DNA from: Planctomycetota bacterium | GTDB taxonomy: Bacteria; Planctomycetota; PLA2; JAEUHO01 | NCBI GenBank assembly: GCA_050248855.1 | Contig: JBFWRP010000016.1 | Location: 29,121-93,120, forward strand | Reading direction: 5' to 3' | Length of the DNA stretch: 64,000 nt | Shown: positions 41,984 to 51,497 of the stretch, piece by piece | Layout of the letters: the number at the start of each line of letters is the position of its first letter | Position numbering within the stretch: position 1 is the first letter of the stretch | Position numbers and translations under genes: made by a program | The notes under the pieces: model-generated | Seen by the model: the letters and a program-made list of their open reading frames with translations, nothing else | Database searches by the model: none | What the model was told of the DNA's origin: nothing

Positions 41984-43075
41984 TCAACGGCTCGGCTTGA
42001 TCAGCTCGAAGCCGCCGAGGAACGCCTCCAGTCCCTGCCGGAGCTCGGCCTCGCGAGCGGCGGGCCCGGTGGCCTTCAGGCGGTAGAGCCGGTCGCTGCC
42101 GCGCTTGAACACCACCGTCAGCAGCAGCAGGTCGCGGCCGCCGATGCGCGCACGGGCCTCGAGACGCGTCGCTTCCTGCCCGACGACCGTGAGCGGCTCG
42201 GTCGTCGTCTCGGCCGCCTGCTCGTCGCGATAGAACGCCTCGAGCCGACGCACGTCGTCCTCGGCCGAGCGATCCCACGAGAGGACGTACACGTCGAAGG
42301 CCGGCGCGTCGACATCCACGCTTGCGAACTGCACGATGTGGTTGCGCAAGGCGGGCAGGCTCACCGTGTACCCCTCGGGGTACTTGCACGCGAACCCGTT
42401 CTTCTCGTCGCGGAACACGCCGCTGCCCTTGGGGCCTTCCGGCGCGCCCGAGGCCGCGAACGCCATGCTGCCCTCGAGGGTGCGCAGCGACGACTCGAAG
42501 CGGCTCCAGTGCGTCTGCCGCGCCTTGGCGTACAGCAAGACCTCGCCGCGTGGGGCCAGCCAGTACGTGGCGCGCACGCGCCACGGGATCGGCGGCGGCG
42601 TCACGCCCGGGGGGCTGCCCGGCTCGGGCTTGGGGCGCACGACGTACGTCGCGTCGAGCACGACCTGGCCGATGGGATCGGTCGGCGACGGCGGCACCGC
42701 GCGCGTTCCCGTGACGGTGATCTCGCGCGAGCTGGCCCAGTCCAAGCGGACCCGCGCGAGCAGGGCCTGCACGTCGGCGGACGTCCGACGCCGCGCGCTG
42801 AGCACCGCCTCGGCGTCCGTGTCGGGCTCGAGCCACGTGGCGAGGCGCGTCCACTCGCTGGGGCCGCTGCCCTCGGCATTCAGCTTCCAGCCCTTCGGCC
42901 CCACCACGGTGAGGCCCAGCTCGGCATCGCGGAAGGTCGGGCCCGCCGCGCCGGCGGGCTCCTCGCCCTCGGCGGACGCCACGGCCCCGGGGGCGCCCAC
43001 GACCAGGGCCAGCACGAGGGTCGTCGCGAGGCGGTGGCGGCGGCGCCCCGCGCCCTGACCATGCGGATGCTGCAT
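41984..43075 (-). CDS. Exported hypothetical protein with two internal repeats (PsbP/DcrB-like?)
   Basis: Signal peptide; TFRDAELGLTVVGPKGW resembles VFRDEKNGFACKYPEGY. Confidence 0.6.
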   Translation of the reverse strand: MQHPHGQGAGRRRHRLATTLVLALVVGAPGAVASAEGEEPAGAAGPTFRDAELGLTVVGPKGWKLNAEGSGPSEWTRLATWLEPDTDAEAVLSARRRTSADVQALLARVRLDWASSREITVTGTRAVPPSPTDPIGQVVLDATYVVRPKPEPGSPPGVTPPPIPWRVRATYWLAPRGEVLLYAKARQTHWSRFESSLRTLEGSMAFAASGAPEGPKGSGVFRDEKNGFACKYPEGYTVSLPALRNHIVQFASVDVDAPAFDVYVLSWDRSAEDDVRRLEAFYRDEQAAETTTEPLTVVGQEATRLEARARIGGRDLLLLTVVFKRGSDRLYRLKATGPAAREAELRQGLEAFLGGFELIKPSR

Positions 43076-43253
43076 CACGCCCTCCCTCGGCGTCCGCGGA
43101 GCGACGATGCGCGTCGCTGCTCGCGATCCGCCTGCAGGGGGGGAAGGTACACGGAGGCGCGAGCGCCCTTCACCCGCGCCGCCGGTGTCCGCGGGGCGGG
43201 GATCCCGGACTTCGCTCGCCCGCCCCCGACCCGGGGGCGACACTCGCCCGCCC

Positions 43254-45314
43254 GTGTTCCCGGACCTCACCTTCCTCATCGCGCTCGTGCTGGGTCTGGG
43301 CGCCCTTGCGCCCGCCGCCTCGGCCCCTCCGCTCGGCCCCTGGGGCACGCTGCTCGTGCTCGGCGTGGTCGGTGGGCTGTCGCGCCTGGCGGTCCAACGC
43401 GGCCGGGAGGCCCTCGAGCAGGGCGAGCTGGAGGCGGCCTACGCGTCGGTCCGCTGGGTCGGTCTGTGGCCGCTGCTCGGCTGGGTGACGTGCCTGTCGG
43501 TCTTCGGCTGGGGTACCTGGGTGGCCACCGTGGTGCCCCGCATCGTCTGGATGCTGCCGATGGTCGTCCTGTTGCTGCCCCTGGTGGTGGCGTTCGGGTT
43601 CGCGTGGACGGCGCAGGGCGAGATCGAAGCCGCGCTGGCCAAGGCCCGCGGCCTGCTGCCGCGGACGGCTTCTGCCGGGGAGGCCTTCCGCGGTGGTCTC
43701 AAGCGCAACGCCCTCGCCTTCCTGCCCCTGTTCGTGTTGCTGGGGCTGTTCGAGGCGCTCTACGTCGCCGGCGAGCTCGGCGTCGAACCGGCGCGCGCCG
43801 CGGGACTGTGGCTGGAGCACTTCCCGCTGCTGCAGCTGGCGCTCTTCGGCGTACTGCTCGTGCTGGCCCTACCCCTGCTCCCCGTGCTGGTGGGTCGACT
43901 GACCCAGGCCGCCCCCCTGCCGGCCGGACCGCTGCGCGCGCGGCTCGAGCGGGCGGCCGCCGCGTTGCAGCTCCCGGTCAAGGGCCTCTATCTCTGGAAC
44001 ACGCAAGGGCGCGTGCTGAACGCGATGGTCGTGGGCTTCGGCCGGTCGCGGCGCATCTTCCTCACCGACCGCCTGGCGGCGGAGCTGCCCGAGGACGAGA
44101 TCGAGGCGGTCTTCCTGCACGAGGCAGGGCACGCGGTCCGCCGCCACATTCCGCTGTACCTCGTGCTCTTCCTGACGCTCGCGCTCTGGATCGAGGCCGT
44201 CCAGCGCCCGCTGATCGCGATGGGCATCTCGCCGTTCTTCATCCTGCTGCTCAACCTCGCCCTGTTCTGGTTCGTGCTGCTCGGCGTGATCTCGCGGCGC
44301 TTCGAGCGCGAGGCCGACTTGTTCGCCGTGGACTTCGCCGAGCGCGTGCCCCAGCCGCTGGTGCAGCTGCCGGGCCTGCTGGAGCCGCTTCCCGCGCCGG
44401 CCTTCCACCTCCTGCGCGCGTTCGAGCGCCTGAACCGCGCCACGGGCGGCAGGAGCCCGGCGCACCGCCATGGAACGCTGGAGGACCGGGCGCGCATCGT
44501 GGCGGCCTACGCGGGCAACGAGTCCGTGCGCCGGGGCGAACGGCGCGTCTCGCAGCGCTTGCGCCTGGGCATCCTCGTCGCGGCCCTGGGCGCCGTCGCC
44601 TTGACGGTGCTCCAGCTGCCCACGCAGTGGGCCGAGGCGCGCGCCGGCGTGCTCGGTGCCGACGCGGACCGCTTGGAACGCGGGGCCCTGGACCTCGAGC
44701 TCGCCGGGGAGGCCAAGGCCGCGCGCGCGGCGTTCGCGAACGCCCTCGCAGCGTGGCAGGACGTCGCACGGGCGCACCCGGGCGAGGCCGGCCGTCGCCA
44801 GGCGCACGTGGCCGTGGCCGGCATCGCCCTGGACCACCTCGACGACCTCGCCACCGCGCGCGCCGCCCTCGAGGCCGCCGGAACCCAGACCGCCGGGACC
44901 CAGGGCGCCGGCCGGGACACGGCCGCGGACGACCTGGAGGGCCGCTGGACCGCGTTCCTGCGCGAGACGCTGGCCGCCCGCCTGGCCGCCCGCGAGGGCG
45001 ACCTCGCGGGCGCCGAGCGCTCGCTCGCCCGCGCGGCGCGGCGGCACGACGTGTTGCGCGGCGCCGAGGAGCTCGCCGCGGAGGCCCGTCGCTATGCGGA
45101 CGAGCTGATGCGGCTGTCGCGGGCGGTGGTGGACGCGGCGGCGCCGGACGACGACGCCGGCGCCCTGCCCCGCCAGCTGGCCCGCCAGCGCCTGGCCGAC
45201 ATTGCCGGCGGCTCGAGCCCGGAAGCCCACTGGCGCGAGCTGCGGGGCATCGCGAAGAAGGCGCTCGCCCGCCTGGACGCTACGGCGGCGACCCCGGCAG
45301 CAGACGCCGACTGA
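43254..45314 (+). CDS. M48 (Ste24/HtpX) family membrane metalloprotease with a helical C-terminal extension
   Basis: NAMVVG, EIEAVFLHEAGH, RRFEREAD, HGTLEDR; multiple TM helices. Confidence 0.85.
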   Translation: MFPDLTFLIALVLGLGALAPAASAPPLGPWGTLLVLGVVGGLSRLAVQRGREALEQGELEAAYASVRWVGLWPLLGWVTCLSVFGWGTWVATVVPRIVWMLPMVVLLLPLVVAFGFAWTAQGEIEAALAKARGLLPRTASAGEAFRGGLKRNALAFLPLFVLLGLFEALYVAGELGVEPARAAGLWLEHFPLLQLALFGVLLVLALPLLPVLVGRLTQAAPLPAGPLRARLERAAAALQLPVKGLYLWNTQGRVLNAMVVGFGRSRRIFLTDRLAAELPEDEIEAVFLHEAGHAVRRHIPLYLVLFLTLALWIEAVQRPLIAMGISPFFILLLNLALFWFVLLGVISRRFEREADLFAVDFAERVPQPLVQLPGLLEPLPAPAFHLLRAFERLNRATGGRSPAHRHGTLEDRARIVAAYAGNESVRRGERRVSQRLRLGILVAALGAVALTVLQLPTQWAEARAGVLGADADRLERGALDLELAGEAKAARAAFANALAAWQDVARAHPGEAGRRQAHVAVAGIALDHLDDLATARAALEAAGTQTAGTQGAGRDTAADDLEGRWTAFLRETLAARLAAREGDLAGAERSLARAARRHDVLRGAEELAAEARRYADELMRLSRAVVDAAAPDDDAGALPRQLARQRLADIAGGSSPEAHWRELRGIAKKALARLDATAATPAADAD

Positions 45315-46416
45315 TTCCTGCGGAGCCCGCGGGGCAATCGAGGACCACCTCCAGCCGAGGCTCGTCCGGCCCCGCCCCGAGCGCCCGCAGCAGCGCGGTC
45401 CACGCCTCCTCGGGCGGCAGCCCCCGGGCCGTCTCCAGGGCACCTTGCTCCTCGCCGTCCAGGTCCGCGTGCGGGCCGACCAGGAGCGCGGGGGGCGTGG
45501 TCCCGTCCAGGACCTTCACGGTCTTCGTGGGCGTGAGGTAGGCCTCGGTCGAAGCGACGGCGAACGGATCGCCGCCGCCCATCGCGACCGTCAAGGCGAC
45601 GTGACCGACGCTGCCCTTCAAGGACCCCGCGACCTCCTCCAGCGAGCCCCCGGCTTCCATCGCGACGCGCAGCGCCGCGCTGAAGGGCAAGCCGTGGCGG
45701 AACCCACGCCACGGCGCGGGCACGTCGACATCGGCGCTGGCCACGAGGAGCCCGGCGGGCGCGGCCGGGTCCTGCGTCACGAGCAGGCCGCCGAGCGCGC
45801 CCGGCCAAGCGAGCGCGAGCGTTGCCGGACGACCGTCCGTCGGGCGGCGCAGGACCCAGATCGCCTCCTGGGCAAGCAGCTCGGCATCCGGGCCCACCCA
45901 GCGGCCGCGGACCGCTGCACCGCCCTCGCCGGTGCGGAACGCGGCGAGCGCACCGCGCAGGCGAGGCGCCACGCCGCGCATCCGCAGCACGTCGCGCAGC
46001 ACCTCGACTTCGATCAGCTCGAGCGGCTCGAGGTCGACCGCGGCCGCCAACGCGTCGAGCTCCTGGCGCACGCGCTCGGGCAAGCGGAACGCCGCGGCAT
46101 CGACCACGGCCTCGACGTGGCTGCGCAGCGACGCGGCGGCCGCCCCCGTGTCGTCGGACGCCACGCCGAGGGCGGCCTGCCAAAGCGCCTCGCGCCAGCG
46201 GCGATGCAGGGAGCGGATCCGGTCGCCCAGCAAGCGGCCGTGTGCGCTCCCCATCTCGCTGCCCGTTCCCGCGAGCGTGAGCAGCCTCGGGCCCGGCTCG
46301 TACGTGCCGCCGGGCGTGGTCGCGACGCCGCCCGCGGGCTCGCCACACGCCGCTCCGATCCAAGCGAGACCGAGGACGAGGGCGGTGCGTGGAGCCTTGC
46401 GGAGCACGTCGGTCAT
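45280..46416 (-). CDS. Lipoprotein with a peptidase C45 (Ntn-hydrolase)-like N-terminus, probably inactive
   Basis: Lipobox GAAC; LTLAGTGSEMGSAHGRLL...QELDALA; LAWPGALGG. Confidence 0.55.
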   Translation of the reverse strand: MTDVLRKAPRTALVLGLAWIGAACGEPAGGVATTPGGTYEPGPRLLTLAGTGSEMGSAHGRLLGDRIRSLHRRWREALWQAALGVASDDTGAAAASLRSHVEAVVDAAAFRLPERVRQELDALAAAVDLEPLELIEVEVLRDVLRMRGVAPRLRGALAAFRTGEGGAAVRGRWVGPDAELLAQEAIWVLRRPTDGRPATLALAWPGALGGLLVTQDPAAPAGLLVASADVDVPAPWRGFRHGLPFSAALRVAMEAGGSLEEVAGSLKGSVGHVALTVAMGGGDPFAVASTEAYLTPTKTVKVLDGTTPPALLVGPHADLDGEEQGALETARGLPPEEAWTALLRALGAGPDEPRLEVVLDCPAGSAGISRRLLPGSPP

Positions 46417-46668
46417 GCGCATCGGACGCCACCTTCCCATGCCCGCTTCGAGGGGTCGCCTCGCGCCTCGTGGCGCGGGCTCCTCCGCCCCCTCGGAGCG
46501 GGCCTTGCGGCACCGCCCCACGAGGCCCCGCAAGCCCGGATCTCCGGGCTCCTGGCGCCGCCCGCCGGGGCCCGGCGGGCCCTCGTCCCGGGGGCCCCGC
46601 AGGCCCCGAATCCCGTCGTGGGAAAGGGCCCGCGCGGCTAGCATGGAGAACCGCCGCCGCGGCGCTCC

Positions 46669-46692
46669 AACCCATTGGTTTTCCAGTGGGTT
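46669..46692. promoter_or_regulatory. Near-perfect palindrome upstream of gyrA
   Basis: AACCCATTGG-TTTT-CCAGTGGGTT in the divergent intergenic region. Confidence 0.35.
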
Positions 46693-46825
46693 ACGACGCG
46701 CGGCCGGGGCGCTTACGGCACCCGCCGGCAGCGCGTGAACGGGCCGCGAGGCAACGGGCCGGCCGCGAGGCGCTCGAGCGCGCCGCGTGGCCAGGTCCCG
46801 CGCCGTGCGGCGACGCGAGAGGACG

Positions 46826-49468
46826 ATGGCGGCACACGACCAGGCCGGCGCCAGCGCCGGAGACCCGACCCCTCCGAGCGGTGATGCGTCGGGCGGCGGT
46901 GGCGAGCGAATCCTCGATCTCGATATCGCCAGCGAGCTGAAGCAGTCCTACCTGCGCTACGCGATGAGCGTCATCGTGGACCGCGCCCTGCCGGACGTGC
47001 GCGACGGCTTGAAGCCCAGCCAGCGGCGAATCCTCGTCGCGATGAACGACCTCAACCTGGGCCCCAGCCGCAAGACGATCAAGTGCGCCAAGGTCGTCGG
47101 CGAGACGATGGGCAACTACCACCCCCACGGCGACCAGGCGATCTACCCGACGCTCGTGCGCATGGCGCAGACGTTCAACATGAGCGAGCGCCTCGTCGAG
47201 GGCCAGGGCAACTTCGGGTCCATCGACCGCGATCCGCCGGCCTCCATGCGGTACACGGAGTGCCGCATGACGCACGCGGCCGTCGAGATGCTCGACGACC
47301 TCGACAAGGAAACGGTCGACTTCCGCCCGACCTACGACGAGGCCCGCATGGAGCCCGTCGTGCTGCCCGGCCGGTTCCCCAACCTGCTGGTCAACGGCGG
47401 CGCGGGCATCGCCGTGGCCATGGCGTCGTCCATCCCGCCGCACAACCCGGGCGAGGTGGCCGATGCGATCCTGGCCTACCTCGACGACCCCGACATCGAC
47501 GTGCCCGCCCTGATGCAGATCCTGCCGGGGCCGGACCTGCCCACCGCGGCGCGCATTTGCGGCCGCGCGGCCATTCTCGAGGCCTACACCACGGGGCGGG
47601 CCGCGCTCGAGATGCGCGCCGTCTGCCACGTGCAGGAGGGCGAGGGCCGACGCGGGCCGCAGATCGTGGTCACGGAGATCCCGTACCAGGTCAACAAGGC
47701 CGCCCTGGTGCAGAAGATCGCCGATCTCGCCAAGAGCGATCGCGTGGACGGCATCACGGACGTGCGCGACGAGTCGGGCAAGGACATCCGCGTCGTCATC
47801 AGCCTGCGGCGCGACGTCGACCCCGACATCGTGCTCAACCAGCTCTACAAGTACAGCCAGCTGCGCGAGACCTTGAGCGTGATCATGATCGCGCTCGTCG
47901 ACGGCCGGCCCGAGCTGTGCAGCGTGAAACGCCTGATCGAGGCCTATGTCGCGCACCGCCGCGAGGTCGTCACGCGTCGCACGCGCTACCTCCTGCGCAA
48001 GGCCGAGGAGCGCGACCACATCGTGGCCGGCCTGCTCCGCGCGCTCGACCTGATCGACGAGATCGTGGCCCTCGTCCGCGCCAGCGCCGACCCCAAGGAG
48101 GCCAAGGCCGGACTCATCGAGCGCTTCGGCTTCTCCACGCTGCAGGCGGACGCCATCCTGCAGATGCGCCTGCAGCGCCTCACGGGCCTGCAGCGCCAGG
48201 AGCTCGAGGCCGAGCACGCCGACCTCGTGGCGAAGATCGCGGACTATCGCGACATCCTGGCCCGCGACGAGCGCGTGGTCGCCATCCTGCGCGAGGACAT
48301 GGCGGCGCTCAAGGCCCGCTTCCCGGTGGCGCGCCGCACGCGCATCGAGGACAGCCAGGACGATTTCACGTCGCTCGACCTGATCACGCCCGAGAACGTC
48401 GTCATCACGCTCTCGCACGAGGGCTACATCAAGCGCACGGGCCTCGATGCCTACCGCCGGCAACGCCGCGGCGGCAAGGGCATCAAGGGCACCGAGAGCA
48501 AGGAGGGCGACTTCGTCGAGCACCTCCTCGTGGCCAACACGCACGACACGATGCTCTACTTCACGGATACCGGTCGCGTGTTCCGCGACGGCGTCCACGT
48601 CCTGCCCGACCTGGGCCGGTACACCAAGGGCCGCGCCATCGTGAACCTGCTGGAGCTGGGACCCGAGGAACGCATCCGCGCGGTCCTTCCGGTCACGGCC
48701 ATGGACGACGAGCGCTACCTGCTCTTCGCCACGCGCGACGGTTTGGTCAAGCGGACCGCGCTCTCCGACTTCGCCAACATCCACCGCGGAGGCATCATCG
48801 CGATCCAGCTGGTCGAGGGCGATGCCCTGATCGGCGTGGCGCTCGTCGACCCGGCGGACGAGGTGCTCCTGGTCACGGCGCGGGGGATGGCCATCCGCTT
48901 CGCCGTGTCCGATGCGCGGGCCATGGGACGCGCGACCCGCGGCGTGCGCGGCATCAAGCTGCAGGACGGCGACCGCGTGGTCGACATGGCGGTGGCCCGC
49001 AACGAGGAGGTCGTGACGTCGGCCGACGGCACCACGATCCGCCAGCCCGGGACCTTGCTCACGATCTTCGAGCGCGGTCAGGCCAAGCGCACGGCGTTCG
49101 CCGAGTACGGCCTGCAGGGGCGCGGGGGCCAGGGTCTTCGCAACGTCTCCCGTGACGGGCTCGACCGCAACGGCGAGGTCGTGGCCGCACGCCCCGTGCT
49201 GGACGGCGACGAGGTGATCCTGATCACCCAAGGCGGCAAGTCCATCCGGATGCGCATCACCAGCGAACAGCTGCGCCCGTTGGGCCGCTCGACCGCCGGC
49301 GTGCGCGCCATCGAGGTCCCCGAAGGCGACCGGGTCGTCAGCATGGCGTGGGTCCGCCCCGAGGACGATGGCGACGACGAGGCCGAGGGCGGCGACGACA
49401 CCGGACGTGGCGAAGAGGCCGACGGTACGCCGGGCGGCGAGGACGGCGCCGCCGCCTCGCCCGAGTGA
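46826..49468 (+). CDS. gyrA: DNA gyrase subunit A
   Basis: SYLRYAMSVIVDRALPDVRDGLKP, YHPHGD, MRYTE, GyrA-box QRRGGKG, C-terminal pinwheel repeats, acidic tail. Confidence 0.97.
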   Translation: MAAHDQAGASAGDPTPPSGDASGGGGERILDLDIASELKQSYLRYAMSVIVDRALPDVRDGLKPSQRRILVAMNDLNLGPSRKTIKCAKVVGETMGNYHPHGDQAIYPTLVRMAQTFNMSERLVEGQGNFGSIDRDPPASMRYTECRMTHAAVEMLDDLDKETVDFRPTYDEARMEPVVLPGRFPNLLVNGGAGIAVAMASSIPPHNPGEVADAILAYLDDPDIDVPALMQILPGPDLPTAARICGRAAILEAYTTGRAALEMRAVCHVQEGEGRRGPQIVVTEIPYQVNKAALVQKIADLAKSDRVDGITDVRDESGKDIRVVISLRRDVDPDIVLNQLYKYSQLRETLSVIMIALVDGRPELCSVKRLIEAYVAHRREVVTRRTRYLLRKAEERDHIVAGLLRALDLIDEIVALVRASADPKEAKAGLIERFGFSTLQADAILQMRLQRLTGLQRQELEAEHADLVAKIADYRDILARDERVVAILREDMAALKARFPVARRTRIEDSQDDFTSLDLITPENVVITLSHEGYIKRTGLDAYRRQRRGGKGIKGTESKEGDFVEHLLVANTHDTMLYFTDTGRVFRDGVHVLPDLGRYTKGRAIVNLLELGPEERIRAVLPVTAMDDERYLLFATRDGLVKRTALSDFANIHRGGIIAIQLVEGDALIGVALVDPADEVLLVTARGMAIRFAVSDARAMGRATRGVRGIKLQDGDRVVDMAVARNEEVVTSADGTTIRQPGTLLTIFERGQAKRTAFAEYGLQGRGGQGLRNVSRDGLDRNGEVVAARPVLDGDEVILITQGGKSIRMRITSEQLRPLGRSTAGVRAIEVPEGDRVVSMAWVRPEDDGDDEAEGGDDTGRGEEADGTPGGEDGAAASPE

Positions 49469-49604
49469 TCCACGCGCCGGGGCCCGCGAAGGAGGTTTCC
49501 CGGCGGTGACGGACCGGGGCCCCGGCCCTGCGACCTCCGTACCCCCCTTGCGCGCTCGCGTTCGTTACCATGGCGGCCGCATCCCGCCGTCCGAGAGGAG
49601 CCCC

Positions 49605-51497
49605 ATGACTGCTGCCCGACCTTGCACGACCCCGTGGCGACGCCTCCTGGCCGCCACCACGTTCGTCCTCGTGACGGGTCTGACCGCCAGCGTGGGGCTG
49701 GCGGCTGACGAGACCCGCGACTTCCCCGACGCCAACGTGCGTTGGACGCTCCCGGACGACGAGTGGACGTGGATGGAACCGTCGGCCGACGACAAGGCGA
49801 CGGGCGTCTTCGCCCAGGCCGCCTCGGGCGACAGCCACATCCACGCGTTCGCCATGACCACGCCCACGGGAGGCCTTCCGCTGGCCGATCGCGTGGACGA
49901 GCTCGCCCGCACCTTCCGGCCCTGGGTCTCGGGCGGGATGATCGGCACCAAGACCATCGACACGGTGCTCGCGGGTCGCGACGCCCAGTGCGTCATCTAT
50001 GTCGGCGCCGACGCCAACGAGAACGACATCCAGGTTCGCGCCTACGCGATGGAGTCGGACGGCAAGTTCTACCACGTCATCATGCGCATCTTCCACGGCG
50101 ACGAAGCAACGCGTGGCGACGAGCTCAACGCGCTGCGCGACGGCTTCCACCTCATCAAGGGCAGCGGCACGCAGCTGACCGTCGAGACCTTCGTCGAGGT
50201 GCCGCGTGACGGCGGCGGCGCCGCCGGTGGCGCCGAGAAGGGCGGAGCAGCGCCCACCAAGAAGGACGACGGCGCCGCCGAGGGCGAGCCCTGGCCCGAG
50301 AAGGGTCCTCCGCGTGAGGGCAACAAGGTCACGTTCACGGGCTACAACCTGTCGTGGGCGCTGCCCGATGATGGTCCTTTCTCCTGGCGCTCGCCCATCC
50401 GCGACCTCGCCAACGTCTTCCAGCGCACCGAGCGCGGCGTCTCGATGTCGCCGGCGATCCGCGTGGTCGCGCAGCTGGAGCGCGTCAAGGGGGAGTTCGA
50501 TCCCGAGGACGCGCCCAAGCACAACACGCTGATGGGTGTGCTCTTCATGGCCGAGATGCCGGGGCAGCACGACTCGGACAAGTGGATCCGCTCGCCGGAG
50601 TTCGAGCGCGAGCTCATGGCGGACTACGGCTTCACCTCGTTCAACAGCAGCAAGAGCCGCACGCAGGGCATTCCGCTGGGCAACCACAAGGGCGTCATGG
50701 CCGTGCGCGAGGGCGAACGCCAGAACGGGACCTCCGCGGTGATCGTGCATATCGAGGCCACGCTGCGCGGCTGGATCTACCGCTGGTACTTCCTCATCGA
50801 GGGCTACGAAGGCGATCGCTTCAAGCAGTTCCAGCCGTTCCTCAACGGACTGTTCGGCGGCATCCACTTCCTCGAGAACACCGAGTTCGTCCCCGGGCCG
50901 CTGATCGGCACCGACGGCATCGCCACGTTCAGCGGCAAGCGCGGGACGGCCAAGGACGAGGAGAAGAAGTACGAGATCAGCGGGTTCTCGTGGACCGCGC
51001 CGAGCAACCGGAGTCGCGGCGGGTACACGCCCACCGACGGTTGGGTCTTCAAGAAGCCGCCGGGACTCGCCGAGATCCACCAGGGCGAGCGGGGCCTGCA
51101 GCTGGCGCTGGAGACACGTTCGGAGGACGGCCAGAGCTACATCTACTACTCGATCTGGGCCGAGGCCACGGCGCGGCTGCAGAACGAGAAGCGCGAGCCC
51201 GAGATGATCATCGACGACCACGCCAAGTCGTGGCTCTCGACCCTCGGGGATGGCGCGAAGTGCTCCAAGTCGGGCAAGGCGCCCTTCTTCCGCCCCGGCT
51301 CCTACGAGGGCGAGAAGGGCCTCAAGTACGAGTTCACGGCCACCGTGGACGGCGTCCCCTACACGGAGGAGGGCTACGTCATCGACCGCAAGCAAACCAC
51401 CTACTGGGTGCGGATCCAGCTGGGCGGGAAGGACGCGGAGAAGGCCCTCAAGAGCGAGCTGAAGGCCATCCAGAAGGGGTTCACATGGGCGCGTTGA
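49605..51497 (+). CDS. Exported hypothetical multi-domain protein
   Basis: GAGGAG RBS, signal peptide, strong codon bias; NVRWTLPDD resembles NLSWALPDD. Confidence 0.75.
   Translation: MTAARPCTTPWRRLLAATTFVLVTGLTASVGLAADETRDFPDANVRWTLPDDEWTWMEPSADDKATGVFAQAASGDSHIHAFAMTTPTGGLPLADRVDELARTFRPWVSGGMIGTKTIDTVLAGRDAQCVIYVGADANENDIQVRAYAMESDGKFYHVIMRIFHGDEATRGDELNALRDGFHLIKGSGTQLTVETFVEVPRDGGGAAGGAEKGGAAPTKKDDGAAEGEPWPEKGPPREGNKVTFTGYNLSWALPDDGPFSWRSPIRDLANVFQRTERGVSMSPAIRVVAQLERVKGEFDPEDAPKHNTLMGVLFMAEMPGQHDSDKWIRSPEFERELMADYGFTSFNSSKSRTQGIPLGNHKGVMAVREGERQNGTSAVIVHIEATLRGWIYRWYFLIEGYEGDRFKQFQPFLNGLFGGIHFLENTEFVPGPLIGTDGIATFSGKRGTAKDEEKKYEISGFSWTAPSNRSRGGYTPTDGWVFKKPPGLAEIHQGERGLQLALETRSEDGQSYIYYSIWAEATARLQNEKREPEMIIDDHAKSWLSTLGDGAKCSKSGKAPFFRPGSYEGEKGLKYEFTATVDGVPYTEEGYVIDRKQTTYWVRIQLGGKDAEKALKSELKAIQKGFTWAR

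Noticed and set aside
42338..45541. 1067-aa Arg/Ala/Gly-rich ORF
   Set aside because: Off-frame shadow of the M48 protease and antisense to the upstream gene.
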